A DNA stretch of 64,000 nt from Lama glama (taxonomy: Eukaryota). Below the pieces are notes generated by a model, which did no database searches, was not told the origin of the DNA, and worked only from the letters and a program-made list of their open reading frames with translations. The position numbers and the translations under genes were made by a program. Location: assembly GCA_028534125.1 (NCBI GenBank), contig CM052818.1, forward strand, positions 43,092,001 to 43,156,000, written 5' to 3'. This document shows positions 38,755 through 51,320 of this stretch, piece by piece (within the stretch, counting starts at the first letter, position 1; each line of letters opens with the position of its first letter).

Positions 38755-39020
38755 TGTTCAATTCAATAAATGCTGTTGATCTCTTCTTTGAGGTCCCAAT
38801 ACTTTGCTAGGTTTTCAGAGTAGAAAGATCATCATTCCTTTTTTTATGCCAAACAATAGTCCACAAGGAAGATTATTTTCACGTGAATAAGATAGACATA
38901 AGGAGACAATAGCTGTATGACATGGCAAGTGGTATCATAGAGGCAAGCTCGGGGCTCTACTGGAGCATGACTTGAGCACCTGAGTGGTCAAGAGCAGTTT
39001 CTCACTGAAGATGGTGCCTG
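38755..39020 (-). mobile_element. L2 3' fragment
   Basis: 'ttcaattcaataaatgctgttga...ctttgctaggttttcagag' L2 tail. Confidence 0.5.
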
Positions 39021-39029
39021 GATGCTCAC

Positions 39030-41025
39030 AACATTTTTGTTGTACTATTATTTTTCATATTAACTTCATATATGTCACAAACCCAACAATACTTTGTTAT
39101 ATTTGTTAGTTCATATAATTTTATGTTTTGGAAGGAAGTTGAAAGAAAAATAGGGCAACAAATCAAAATAAACAAGTAGGATTCCATCTCAATTTTTATT
39201 TGAGAAAGTCTTTTATCATCATTTTTGAAAAGTAGCTTTGCTGTATACAGGACTCTTTGTTGACTTTTGTTTTCCCACATTTGAGCACTTTTAATGTTAT
39301 TCCACAACCTTTTTGCTGCTTTCAAGATTTTTCCTTCTTTTGACTCTCAGCATTTTTACTATCATGTGTCCCTTAGTGGATTCCATGGTGTTCATTCTAC
39401 TTAGAGTTTATTGAGGTTCCTTAATGTGTAGATTAATGTCTTTCAATAAATTCAGAAAGTTTTCAGTCATTATTTCTTCAAATTTTTTTTGAAGCTTTCT
39501 CTCTTTCATCTTTTTCTGTCACTTTATTATGCATGTGTTGGTGCTCTTAACGGTACCCCACATCTCTTTGAGCCTCTGTTCATTTTTCTTCATTACTTTT
39601 TCTCTCTGTTCTTTAATTTCATCATCTCTATCAATCTATATTCAGGTTTACAGATTCTTCACCTTGGGGTTTCAAATCTGCTGTCGAGTCCCTGAGGTAA
39701 ATGCTGCATTCCGGCTGTTACACATTTCAACTCCAGAATTTCATGCAGACCTTCTAACACTTATTTTTATTTATATTTTTATTTGACTCAACATTCTCAC
39801 CATGCCTTCCTTTCCTTTTTTCATTACGATTTTCTTTAGTTATTAATATATTTATAATGGCTACTTTGAAATCTCTGTCTATTACATTCAACGTCTAGTT
39901 ATTACAGGCTATTTCTTCTGGCTGCTTTTTTATGTATAGGTCAGAGTTTCTTACTTCTCTACATGTGTCATAAATGGGTAACAACCGGCCATTTTAGACA
40001 ATATTGTAGCAACTCTGGATATTGGTCCATATGGCGGAGCGTGTTCATGTTATTGGCACCTTTACTTTTTAGTAAGTAGCAGGATTATTTTGGCAAAGTC
40101 TTCCTCTCACTCCACGCCTGCACTGTGGGGCCTCTGAGGATGCTTCTCGGGGGTGCAGCGCTGGCTATGCTCATAGTCGCCGAGGGATGACCGTGATGTG
40201 GGCAGGGCTTTCTTTGAATGTCATTTTCCCTGGCCACACCCAACTTTTAAAATATTCGAGTTGCAAGGTGAGCGTTTTATTGTTTTAAGCCATTCCTGGG
40301 CTATGAAATTGTTCCACAAACCACTCCAATCAAATCTGGACTCCTTCGAAAGGATAGTGCCGGAGGCTACTGGTAAAGATTTGTTCTGACGTCTTCAGGT
40401 TTGAGTTCCCTTCTCAGCGCTCCCTGTTTGTCTCCGGTAAACTGGCCAGCCTAAGTTAAATCTGTATCTTCAATAAATCTATCAGTCTTCTCCCCATTTC
40501 ACTACAACCTCCACAGTTTTTGAGAGCACTCTTAGCCTTGTACTTCTTCTCACTGTTACAAATAAAGGCAGTTTCTTTGTGAAGAAACTCAGAACTCTCC
40601 CTTTAATAGTCAGCTTCCTCTGAAGGCATAATCCCCAGGCCAGGGCTCTGTGGCTGGGCGCCGAGACAGTGGCATGCTTCCCTTAAGTGACACCCCTGCT
40701 TTAGAATCTGAATACCCCTCGGGAGTGGGCAGCAGTCTCAGGTTGCCTCAGTTTCCTTCACCAGGTATGGAACCATTGCCCCAGAAGCTGGGACCAGGGG
40801 GACTGAGGTCTTAGTATTGTCAGCAGCCCCATGACCAAGGTGGAGCCTCCGCCACGTATGTACGCCATAGTTTCTCACTTTTCTTACTATTCTTACTTTT
40901 ATTTTTTCTTGAATAACTATTTCTTCACATAATTATGTTTGATTTTAACTTTTTTTAATCGACCTGTTTTGCTGGGGAGCAGATCCACACAGCTCCTCAT
41001 GCTGTCTTGTCCAAAGTGAAACTCC
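39030..41025 (-). mobile_element. Old L1 5' half (ORF1 plus 5' UTR remnant)
   Basis: ORF 39026-39325 contains 'RLWNNIK...ENKSQQRVLYTAKLLFKN', like the L1 ORF1 C-terminal domain. A GC-richer 5'-UTR-like sequence lies at ~40100-40900. Confidence 0.78.
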
Positions 41026-43529
41026 CCAATGATCAACAGCTGTGTTTTTCACAGCATTTCATGCTGTCATATAGCACCCTATTTGATACCGCATATTATG
41101 CAGCACATATAATTGCTATTTAGTAAATACCAGCTCTTTTATAGCCACTTAACTAAGATTATATGCCTGGGGGGACATTAGTTCAGATTTTACCCCTAGA
41201 CTTGTCACTGTCTAATTAATTCCTGCTATATTGACTTGCCCCTTTGAATAGTTTTTTTTTTAACTTGGAAAATGTAGATGTTACTTATCATTGCAAGATT
41301 AAATTAGAAGCAAATGAAATAACATGTGTGAAAGTGTTTCATAGTATCAGTGTATGATATAATGTTAGATATGCAAATGTAATGAATTTTTTCAATTATT
41401 CACATTTTAAGTATTGATATGGCCCCAGATGACTTCCTTAAAATTATATGAACAAAATCGCATGATTTTGACAGAACACTACTTCTGTATTTCTTGATGA
41501 CATATTTTTAAATAGATAGAAATAAGATAAAAATAATTCAGAGGAGTGCAGCCAAAATAGAGATGGTTCTAGGAACCATGTATAGGAAAAATTCTGGAAA
41601 TGAGAAGATCTCAAATTTTCAAAAAACAAACATGCAATTTTTTCCTCTATAGACAGAATTTATGGTTGATGACTTGAATGATGACTTAAATTGACTGTCA
41701 GAACTTCCTGATGATTAAAAATTCATAGTAATGAAAAGATTGAATATTGTGTTGGTAGGGTTATTAAAACAAAGGCTGACCAGTCTTTTGTCAGGAATAC
41801 CATACAATAGATTCCTCAAATTTAGGCTTGTGTCAATCAGCATATTGGCTTTAAAAACAACTCAAGAAACTTTGGACTAAATGAGTGATTTTAAAACCGC
41901 GTTTATAGAAACTAAGACGTCTATAACGTTGACTAAGAGGCTCAGATAAGGCGCAAACATGGAGGATGACCTCTTAGAATGTCATGTTCTTTTTTAAATC
42001 TGTCAAATAATTTTAATTCTCATCTGTTTTTTATATTGGAAAATAATATAAGACCCCATGAGAGAGGAGAAAGAAATATAACCTTTAAAAACATTTTGTA
42101 AAACAATGTTTACAGCTTAACTTTTTAAGCCACCAAACTAGGTGAGCTCTCAAGTCCTTTTGACCTTTAAATTTACTATTCAGTGATGCTTGGAATTAGG
42201 AAACAGGTGGAGGGGCAGAGCCAGGTTTTCAACCTTGGCTCTCTGTACTTTTGGGAATTTTTCTTAGTTTGGCCAAAGATTTACCAGGTTCGTTTGCATT
42301 TCTTTTAAACTGAGTCATTTTCAACTGCAAATCCTTTAGACGCTTTTTGCATCCTCTCATGCGGAACGCCCCACAGGAAGTGATGGTTTTGCTCTGAGAA
42401 GGATGTCTGGGGTATTGTTGTAAAAAGACCTCATTCTGAGCTCTTCATCACAAAGAAGAAATCCCGGCTTCACCTTTCCTAGCAAAAGGACACAAATGCC
42501 AGATGCACATTTATTCCGTCATTCTTCTTCTCGGCTCTTCCTAGGCTGACAGCTGTATAGCATGAAATAAGGGATGCTTTTGGCCAGCTAGAAATATAAA
42601 GGCCATAAAGAAACAGCACACACTGCACTCATTTCCCATAAAACGGGACCATTTTTATTACTTTTGATTTATAATAGAAATGACAATTGCATATATTTCT
42701 TCATGCATATACAGAATCAAATGTTGAGCATAAAACTCACTGAGTAACACAGGACCTTACTAATTAGGTCTAAAATTGAAAACTTTTCCTTGAGTCTAAG
42801 AACTTGAAAAACACTCCTGAGCGCTTGCTCTTTTTTTCCCTCTCACACAGGCACATATACACACAAACTTATCAAAATATTACCCAAATTAATAAGCACA
42901 GCTTAGAATTTGTGATGTCATTATTTATGTAACATACATTGTTACACCTAAAATATTTCCCATGAAGGTAAATTAAAAGATTTCAAGAGTTTTTCTGGCA
43001 CTTTAAAACATTTTCAGAGTACTGTGTCACATGTCTTAATTTTAATATAATGCTACAGGGTAGAATTTCTTTTCTTTTCTTTTTTTTTTTTTTTGTTTCT
43101 TATAATCTTATGAATAAAAAGACTCTTTTGCCCAGAATGGTCCTTTTAATCAGGTAAGTGAAAATATGTGCAGACATGAATTTTTACATATAATTTCATG
43201 GCATACACAAAATATATCTGGGGATCTTAGATCAAAGAGTTCCTTTTTTAAGAAGATAGGAAAGGGATAAATGTGTATCCAGCACTGTATTAATTTCATA
43301 TGTAGCATATCATAGAAGCTCCAATATATTTTAGAAATGAGAACTTTGAGACTCAGTGGGGTAATTAATCCAGTCACACAGTGAGAACATAGCCCAGTTG
43401 GGACTCAAGTAATATCTTCTTCCTTCACATTTTTTCCATTTCCCCATCTCCAGTGCTAATCAAGACATAATATACGATTAGTCTAGATACCACACTTCTT
43501 CTCCAGAAGTCAGTTAAACATCCTGGTAA

Positions 43530-43690
43530 AGCATCCTACCCGACCGATTAGTGGTTGGATGAACTTGGTAGATTTAAATTCTCTGTGCTTTATCACCATC
43601 TGTGAAATGGGGATACACACAGTAATTGTCTCTTGTGGCTGCTCTGAAGAGTAAATGGTTTAATCTCGGTAAAGAGACTAGAACGTAGAA
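43530..43690 (+). mobile_element. MIR fragment
   Basis: 'tttaaattctctgtgcttt...catctgtgaaatggggata' MIR core. Confidence 0.65.
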
Positions 43691-43839
43691 CGTTGATACA
43701 ATATAGAATGTTTCATAACATGGAACATGGAAGTCTCCCAGTATATTCTAATGATCATTATTATTTCTCTTATTCTGATACCTTGGTTCTTTTACCTCCT
43801 ACTCTGTGACTAGGTGGTTGGTATTTTTTTCCCCAGAAA

Positions 43840-43891
43840 CTTCTTTCTTTTTCTTTCTCTCTCTCTCTCTTTTTTTTTCTTTCAGGTAAAT
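43840..43891 (+). other. 44-nt pure pyrimidine tract ending in CAG|GTAAAT (3' splice site abutting a 5' splice site motif)
   Basis: Pyrimidines only from 43840 to 43883, AG at 43884-43885, GTAAAT at 43886-43891. Function unproven. Confidence 0.35.
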
Positions 43892-44394
43892 TTGTTCTGG
43901 TGTTTCTATAAAAAGACAATGTAAATATGTTAGCAAATAAGATTAAAACAAGCCGAGAAATGGGCTGTATTAGCCTATTTTCCTGTCACTGAAGACTTAA
44001 TTCTCCTGCTAGACAAAGCGTAGCTGACGAGGCAGCTCCTGGAGTATTGATGTACAGACCTAGTGCATCCATGGTCAGTTCAGTTAGCGGTTCCAGACTC
44101 GCTTGTGCAGGATTTAACTCTGTTTTCTGCTGGCATTATTATAAAGCAAGGTTTAAAAAACTGATTATCCTCCGTCACTTGTGTCAGCTATTTATCGCTT
44201 GCATTTATTGTCAGAAAGTCACCCTTGAGTTACAAACCTGTGTGTTCACCTGTCTATTTGATACTTCGTGGATTTTAAAAGGCAACTCAAACTCAGTATG
44301 ACCGAACTGTATTTCTTCTCTTTTCCGCTGAAGTCCTGCCCATTGTGCAAACTGGGTCTCCATCTGAAGAGCTGCCGTATGTCCAGGCACAATG

Positions 44395-44641
44395 GCAGAA
44401 ATCTTGCATCCTGATTCTTCTGTAGAAGAAAAGACTGAGGTCCCCCAGGAGGAGACAATTCTATTTTCAGACCGTGCCTGCTGGAATTCCCAGCCTTCCG
44501 GACAGCCTAGTATATTTCAAACTTACCAGCCCACATAATTTCTTAAAATCTATCATCTACTTATCTATCTATCTATTCTATATCTATACAAATGTGCACA
44601 CACGTGCTATTGGTTCTCGTTCTCTGAGGAACTCCAATACA
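44395..44641 (+). mobile_element. ERVL MLT2-type LTR 3' part
   Basis: 'ttcaaacttaccagcccacataatttcttaaaatc', a (tatc)n stretch and 'ctattggttctcgttctctgaggaactccaataca' form the MLT2 terminus. Confidence 0.8.
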
Positions 44642-45348
44642 GGAAATACAATATTTAGTGCTGAAAGTATTACCTATCTGTAGCAAGTACCTTGGTCACA
44701 GCCTAAAGTTAGGTATTACTGAACTAAATTCTGTTAGCCACCCAATATACAAATTAATCAAACTGTGGCTGCCTGTTGGTTGAATCCGAGTGAGGAGCTG
44801 ACAAGAATTCTGCTTCGGAGGCTCTTTCTCCTCTCCATTCCTCTCTGTAAAGTCCATCTTTTAAGCACATCTTTATAATCCTTGAAATGCATTCTCAAAT
44901 CCAGTGGGCTTAAACACTAGACTATATTTGAAGTTTTCATTTTCTGTTTACCTGGAACCTCGTAAGTGCATCCCTGGATGATGCTGATGGTGTCTTTATA
45001 CGAGAAAGTCCCAAGTTTTTGTCCTAGACGTAGGCTCACTTCTGTGATGCACTTACAGCACTGAGACAAAGTGACCGCTTTCATACGAACACAGTTTTCC
45101 CCAGACAGCGCTGGCCAGGGCAAGACTTGTAGTAGTGACTTTAGTTGACTGAGAACACATTAAAATCAAATTGGGAGTAAAGGGATGGATGAGTCTTGAT
45201 TACTCTCTAGATTTTATGGCAGTTTTCAATTGTCAATGGAATACATTAAAAAAAAAAAAAGAAGAAGATGGAGAAGAACAGGCCCCATCAGAGACTCACT
45301 AATCATAACCTCTGGATATTAGACGTTGGTGGATGTATTACAAATATA

Positions 45349-45356
45349 TGTGTGAG

Positions 45357-45391
<35 letters not shown>

Positions 45392-45400
45392 TGTATATAT
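45349..45400. repeat. (TG)n(TA)n compound microsatellite
   Basis: Read directly. Confidence 0.9.
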
Positions 45401-46724
45401 TTGCAGAGGATTCTAAAATATACACCTGGCTTAAAATACTAGTCATCTTATTCCATGCAGCTTGTTTTTCCTGGTGATTAGAAGTGAGGAGTTAAAACAG
45501 CTGGCACATGACCCATTTTTTTTTCATTTGGGGTCAGTGCATCCTTGGAATAGATAAAGAAAAAGAAGGCAGATGACTGTCTAGTCTCCTTGTCAACAAA
45601 CCTTCAGTTAGATAGAGTAATAATATTTGCTTGGAGGAAGAGACTTTATCTAATAAAAGCCCTGAGCAGGATCTTCTCTGGGTAAAGGATTACTAATTGA
45701 AAATAAACTTAGAATCAACAAGCTTTGGCTCCCTGAACTGATACAACCCTCTGAGATACAAAATGGAGATGTTCCAGAACTTAAATACTCTTCACTGTGT
45801 TGGGTAATAACCTTTAATCCTCACTTGAAGATCCCATCTCTTATTCTTGACCAGAGACCACAGGTCTGATCCAGGAAGACGGATCTTAACATTTTAGCCT
45901 CTGCTTTGCCTGAGCCTCTTCATGGCCAGTGTCCTTGGGATTATTAGTAACATCTGATGCTAAATAAGATCTGTCTGATGTGTCTGAGCTTGACTTGGCA
46001 ATCCTATCATTTTGTTAATTCAGATAGCAGTGAGTAATTTGGGCATTTTGGTTTGCTAGCTACATTGGAGATGGGAAAATGGACAATATTTAATTTTGTT
46101 CTAATGGCCATAGATTATAAACACTGGTACCTAAATAAGTAAAAGAAGTCAAAGGAATTACTAGCCTGTGAATATTAGACCATATTATCCCTTGCCTTCT
46201 TGTATACCGACTTTTTTTATATATATACATCAGAAAGGGAATAACAGGTAGGGGCATAATCTTGTTAACTCCTTTCTCATGAGATGAACACTGCAGACAT
46301 CTGTGGTGATGAGAGTTTTCTCTTTAAAAACATGCCTGTCTCCAGCGGAATGTGCCCTTAACTTTATGCTCTGTGTTCTCGGAACAGCTACTCTGGTAAT
46401 CTGGGGGAGCGATACTATCTCAGAATTCCAAGGCAACGCCCCCGAGGCTCATGCCAGTCCATGAAAACAACATAAACAGTTTGGTGCGCGTTTCCAAATA
46501 GGTTATTCACGTCTGCTAATGATCACTTCTATTTCATAACAGGTCTGGAGAGATGCTATATAAAACAGTCTACTGGGAAATCTCTCACGTCTTCTCTGAG
46601 TCCCAGTGAGGCTTCTGTGCTTCCCACAGTTACACATGGAAGCAGGGAACTCCCATCTGGGTACATTATTTTCCTTTCTTCCCTGTGGCAGGGGGTATAT
46701 TTAAAATATCACTTGTCTTTCACG

Positions 46725-47545
46725 TTATATTTATTTATTTATTGTTGTGGAAAGAATCCTTAATATGACCTCTACCATCTTCACAAATGTTTAAGTGTGT
46801 GATACGCAATTGTTAACTATAGCACAGTGTTGTACCGTGGATTTTTAGAGTTTATTCATCTTGCTTAACTGACACCTTTGCTCACTGATCCCCACTCCCC
46901 CTTCCCCAGCCCCATTCTGCCCTGTTTAAGTTTCACTATTTAAATACCTCAACTAAGAGGAAGCATTTGTCTTTCTGTGTCTGGTTTATTTCACTTTGCA
47001 TAATATCCTCCAGGCTCATTCATGTTGTCAAAAGAGCAGGATTTCCTTCTTTTTGGAGGCTGAATGATATTCCATTGTGTGTATATACCCCATTTTGTTA
47101 ACCCATTCATCTGTTGAAGAACATTTTGGCTGTTTCCATATCTTGACTATTGTGAATAATGCTACAGCGAACATGGGAGTGCAGATATCTCTCTGGGACC
47201 CTGATTTTAATTCTTTTGTATACACACCCAGAAGTGGGATTGCCGGATCATATGGTAATTTTATTTTGAAATATTTGTGGAATCTCCATACTGTTTTCCA
47301 TAGCTGCTACCTCATTTTACATTCTTCCTGTAGTGTAAAGGATTCCAATTTCTCTGTATCCTTGCCAATGCATCTTTTTGGTGTTTTTGATAATAGTCAC
47401 CCTACGGGTGTGAGGTGATAGCTCGTTGTCAATTCGATTTGCATTTCCCTCATGGTTAATGATGTTGAGAATCTTTTTATATACCTGTTGTCCATTTGTG
47501 TATCTTCTTTGGAGAAATGTTTATTCAAGCCCTTTCCCCCTTTTT
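46725..47545 (-). mobile_element. L1MA9-like 3' end
   Basis: ORF 47028-47225 '[34 protein letters not shown]' is ORF2 C-terminus; 3' UTR 'cttaatatgacctctaccatctt...attgttaactatagcacagtgttgtac'. Confidence 0.9.
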
Positions 47546-47799
47546 TGTTTGGTAACCAGCTTTATTTTTCTTCTCACTTAATAAAATTGTGTCTCTCTAT
47601 GTGATCAAAATTCTTCTAAAATATTTTTAGATTTTTAATATGTGCGTGATATTCATCATATGATTGTTCCATGAGCATCCCCTAATATTGGATATTTAGG
47701 TTGTGTCCATTTTTTTTCAAATATTTATATGGTGCTTGCCAATATATTGTTCTAAGTACTTTAGGTATGTTAAATATAATCACTACTAAAATATGTCTG

Positions 47800-47965
47800 A
47801 ATTGGGGACTATTATTTTCCTTCTCTTATAAATTGGGAAATTAATCACAGAGAGAGTAAGTGATCTGTCTAAGGTCACACAGCTAGTGAGTTAAGTGGTG
47901 GAGCTTGATTAAAATGCAAGCAGACAAGAATCCCAAGGCTCTGGGCTTAACTTTTATATTACACT
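47800..47965 (-). mobile_element. MIR
   Basis: 'cacagagagagtaagtgatctgtctaaggtcacacagctagtgag'. Confidence 0.8.
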
Positions 47966-48119
47966 GTCATCTCTCAATGCCCTGGTGAACCTATCTAAAG
48001 CTAGATCTTTGTACGTATCCTTAACACCTTCTTTTCTGTAAGTGCCTAGTTGTAGAATAACTGGATGAAAGCATGTGACAGTTTATAGTTTCTAACGTGG
48101 GCTGTTCCGAACTATGTTT

Positions 48120-50068
48120 CTGGTTGTTTTCTTTTTCCAAATTTTTAAAGTTGTAAAATACACCTAACATAAAATATATCACCTTAAACACTTTAAAGTA
48201 TACAATTCAGCAGTATTAAACACATTCATAGTGTTGTGTATCCACGACCGCTATCCATCCATAACTCTATAACTTCCATGACTTTCCTGGCTGAAACTCT
48301 ATATCCATTTAAAAGTAACTCCCCATTCCCCTCTTCCTCCAGCCCTTGGCAATGACCATACTGTTTTCTGTCTTTATGACTTTAACTACTTCAAGTACCT
48401 CCGGTAGGTGGAACTGGCTTATTTCACTTAGAGTAATGTCCTCAAAGCTCATTCATGCTACAGCATATGTTAGAATTTTCTACTTTTTAAGGTTGAATAA
48501 TATCTCACTGTGTGTATAAACCACATTTTGCTTGGCCATTTATCCATCAGTGGAAACCTGGGTTGCTTCCACATTTCAGCTAATGTGAATAATATTGCTA
48601 TCAATGTGAGTGTACAAATATCTCTTCAAAACCCTGCTTTCAGTTCTTTTGGGTATACGTCAGAAGTGGAATTGCTGGATGAAATAACAATTCTCTTTTC
48701 AATTTTTTGAATAATTGTCATACTGTTTTCCACAACAGTTCACCATTCTACTTTCCCACAACACTACATAAGGCTTTCAGTTTCTCCACATCCTCATACC
48801 AATACTTGTTACCTTCTTTTCCTTTTTCTTTCTTTTAATAGTAGCCATTTTAATGAGTGCAAGGTGATATTTCATTGTAGTTTTGATTTGCATTTCCTTA
48901 ATGATTAGCGATGATGAGCATCTTTCATGTGCGTATTGACCGTTTGCATATATCCTTTGGAGAAATGTCTATTCAAGTCCTTTGCCTAATTTTGAATCAA
49001 ATGGCTTGGGTTTTTCGTTGTTCAGTTTTAAGAGTTCTCTTTGCCCATTCTCTACTATTGAGTTGTAGGAATTCCTTACATACTTTACATGCAACCTCTT
49101 ATGTGATAAATGGTTTGCAAATACTTTCTCCCATTCTGTAGGAAGGATCTTTCTACTCTGTTGATCATTTCTTTTGCTATGCAGAAGTTTTTGAGTTTGA
49201 TGTAGTTCCCACTTGTTTATTTTTGCTTTTGTTTCTTGTGCTTTTGGTGCTGTGTCTAAGACATCATTGCCAACATCAATGTCAAGAAGCTTTTCACTGT
49301 GTTTTCATCTGAGTTATGGTTTCAAGTCTAACAGTTAAATTTTTAATCCGTTTTGACTTGTGTTTGTATATGGTGTGAGATAAATAGCAAATTTAATTCT
49401 TTTGCATGGTGATACCCAGTTTTTTTAAACACCACTTTTTGAAGAGACTATCCATCCTTTCTCCATCATGTATTTTGTTATCCTCACTGATGTTCAATTG
49501 ACCATATATGTGTGGGTTTCTTTCTGGGCTCTCTGTTCTGTTCCATTGGCCTATTGTCTATCAAGGCCAGTGCCATATGGTTTTATTTACTGTAGCTTTA
49601 TAATATAATTTGAAGTCAGGAGGTGTGATACCATCAGCATTCTTCTTTATCAAGATTAATTTAACTATTTGGGGTCTTTTGTGGTTTCATATGAATTTTA
49701 TGTTGTTTTTGTTTCTAGTTTTCTAAAAATGCTGTTAGAATATTTTTTAGGGATTGCAGGAAAACTGTAGATTAATCTGAGTAGTATGAGCATTTTAACA
49801 ATATTAAGTCTTCCAGTTCTTGAGCACAGATATCTTTCCATTTATCTGTGTTTAGTTTCTTTCATCAGCATTTTATAATTCTCAGTGTATAGATCCATAA
49901 CCCCCTTGGTTCAGTTTATTCCTAAGTATTTCATTCTTTTGGTGCTATTGTGAACTGAATTGTTTTCTTAATTTCCTTTCAGGATAGTTTGTTGTTAGTG
50001 TATAGAAATGCAACTGATTTCTGTATGCTGATCTTCTATCCTGCAACTTTACTGAATTCACATATTCT
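48120..50068 (-). mobile_element. L1MB-like 3' UTR plus ORF2 fragment (~1.9 kb)
   Basis: 3' terminus 'taaaatacacctaacataaaat...tttaaagtatacaattcagcagtattaa' with continuous antisense ORF2 landmarks to 'tatcctgcaactttactgaattc'. Confidence 0.9.
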
Positions 50069-50732
50069 TCCACGTTTAAAATGTTTCCTATTGCTGTACT
50101 AACCTGCCATAACATATAAGGGAAAGGCGACTGAAGAAAATCCCTTTTCTTTTTTTGGAAGAGATATTGGCAAGAAGCTTAACTGGGTGTGACAAAGCTG
50201 AATGTCAGTAAAGTGCTGGAGAGAATCTTAAACATTCTGGCCTGAGAGCTTGGAGACCTGATCTCTCAACCTGACCTCTCAACTTTGCAACTTACTAACT
50301 ATTTAGACATAAGAAAGTCAATAACGTCTCTGAATTCTCGGCATTTGAACCAGATAATGGGTGAATTTTCTCTGGCCCTACATATTTTGACCCAATTGCC
50401 TTTAATCCTATGATTTATGACTGTACTTTCTATTTTCAATTAATTGTTGAGTATGAGAGATCAAAATTCATAAATAAGAATCCTAATTCTAATTTTACTC
50501 AAATTTTCTCAGACATTTCAATCTAAGGACCCAAAGGTGAAAGGAGAGTCTTCAAGGATCTTGGGACTATTTCAAGCAGCAGCAAATGAGAACTTGCCAG
50601 GAAGTTCTGATTTTAAAGTTAAACATTAATTCAATGTGCTTAGTCTATGCCATGACTTATCTAGTTGTTTTGTAAAGAATTATTTGCTTTCTCTGCTCTG
50701 CTGTGATTCTTTAAGTAAAAATGGTGCTCTGA

Positions 50733-50946
50733 CTGTGCTGCCCATTAGGGCATCTACTAGCCATATGTGGCAATAAAAATTACATGTAAAATAATTAAAA
50801 TTAAATGAAATTAACATTTTATCTCCTCAGGCAGACTAGCTGCATTTCAAGTGTTCACTATTCATATATAGCTCGTGGATATTGTGTTGGAGAATGCAGA
50901 TATAGAACATTTCCATCATCACAGAAAGATCTTTTATACATCACTG
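50733..50946. mobile_element. hAT-Charlie MITE (MER33/MER3-like)
   Basis: 'actagccatatgtggc...actagctgcatttcaagtgttca...gcagatatagaacatttccatcatcacagaaag'. Confidence 0.8.
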
Positions 50947-51084
50947 TACTAGAAAATAGTCCAGTGTTTTGTTGTTGTTATTGTTGCCTGGAAATTATTC
51001 TGAGTACTTTCTGAAATACGGAAACCCAGTCTGAGAGATAAAGCTGAACGGACGTTGAAGAATGCCAACTTCTGTTATAGTAAA

Positions 51085-51320
51085 AAATGAAGTGCAAATT
51101 GAGAGTCAGAATAATAGGATTCATATCAAGCCCTGCAGCTTAGGAGGTGAGATGGACTTTGGGCACTTTACTTGAATTACTAATGTGTCTAGACACAGTT
51201 GCCCGACTTTATTACGTCAACAAAAGTAGATACGCTTCCTACCTCATAGGTTGTTGTGACGATCAAAAGAGTTAGTGCACGAAGGTAAGCATCGTGTCTC
51301 ACTAATACTTAGACATTTTA
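51085..51320 (+). mobile_element. MIR
   Basis: 'cctacctcataggttgttgtgacgatcaaaagagttagtgcacg'. Confidence 0.7.
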
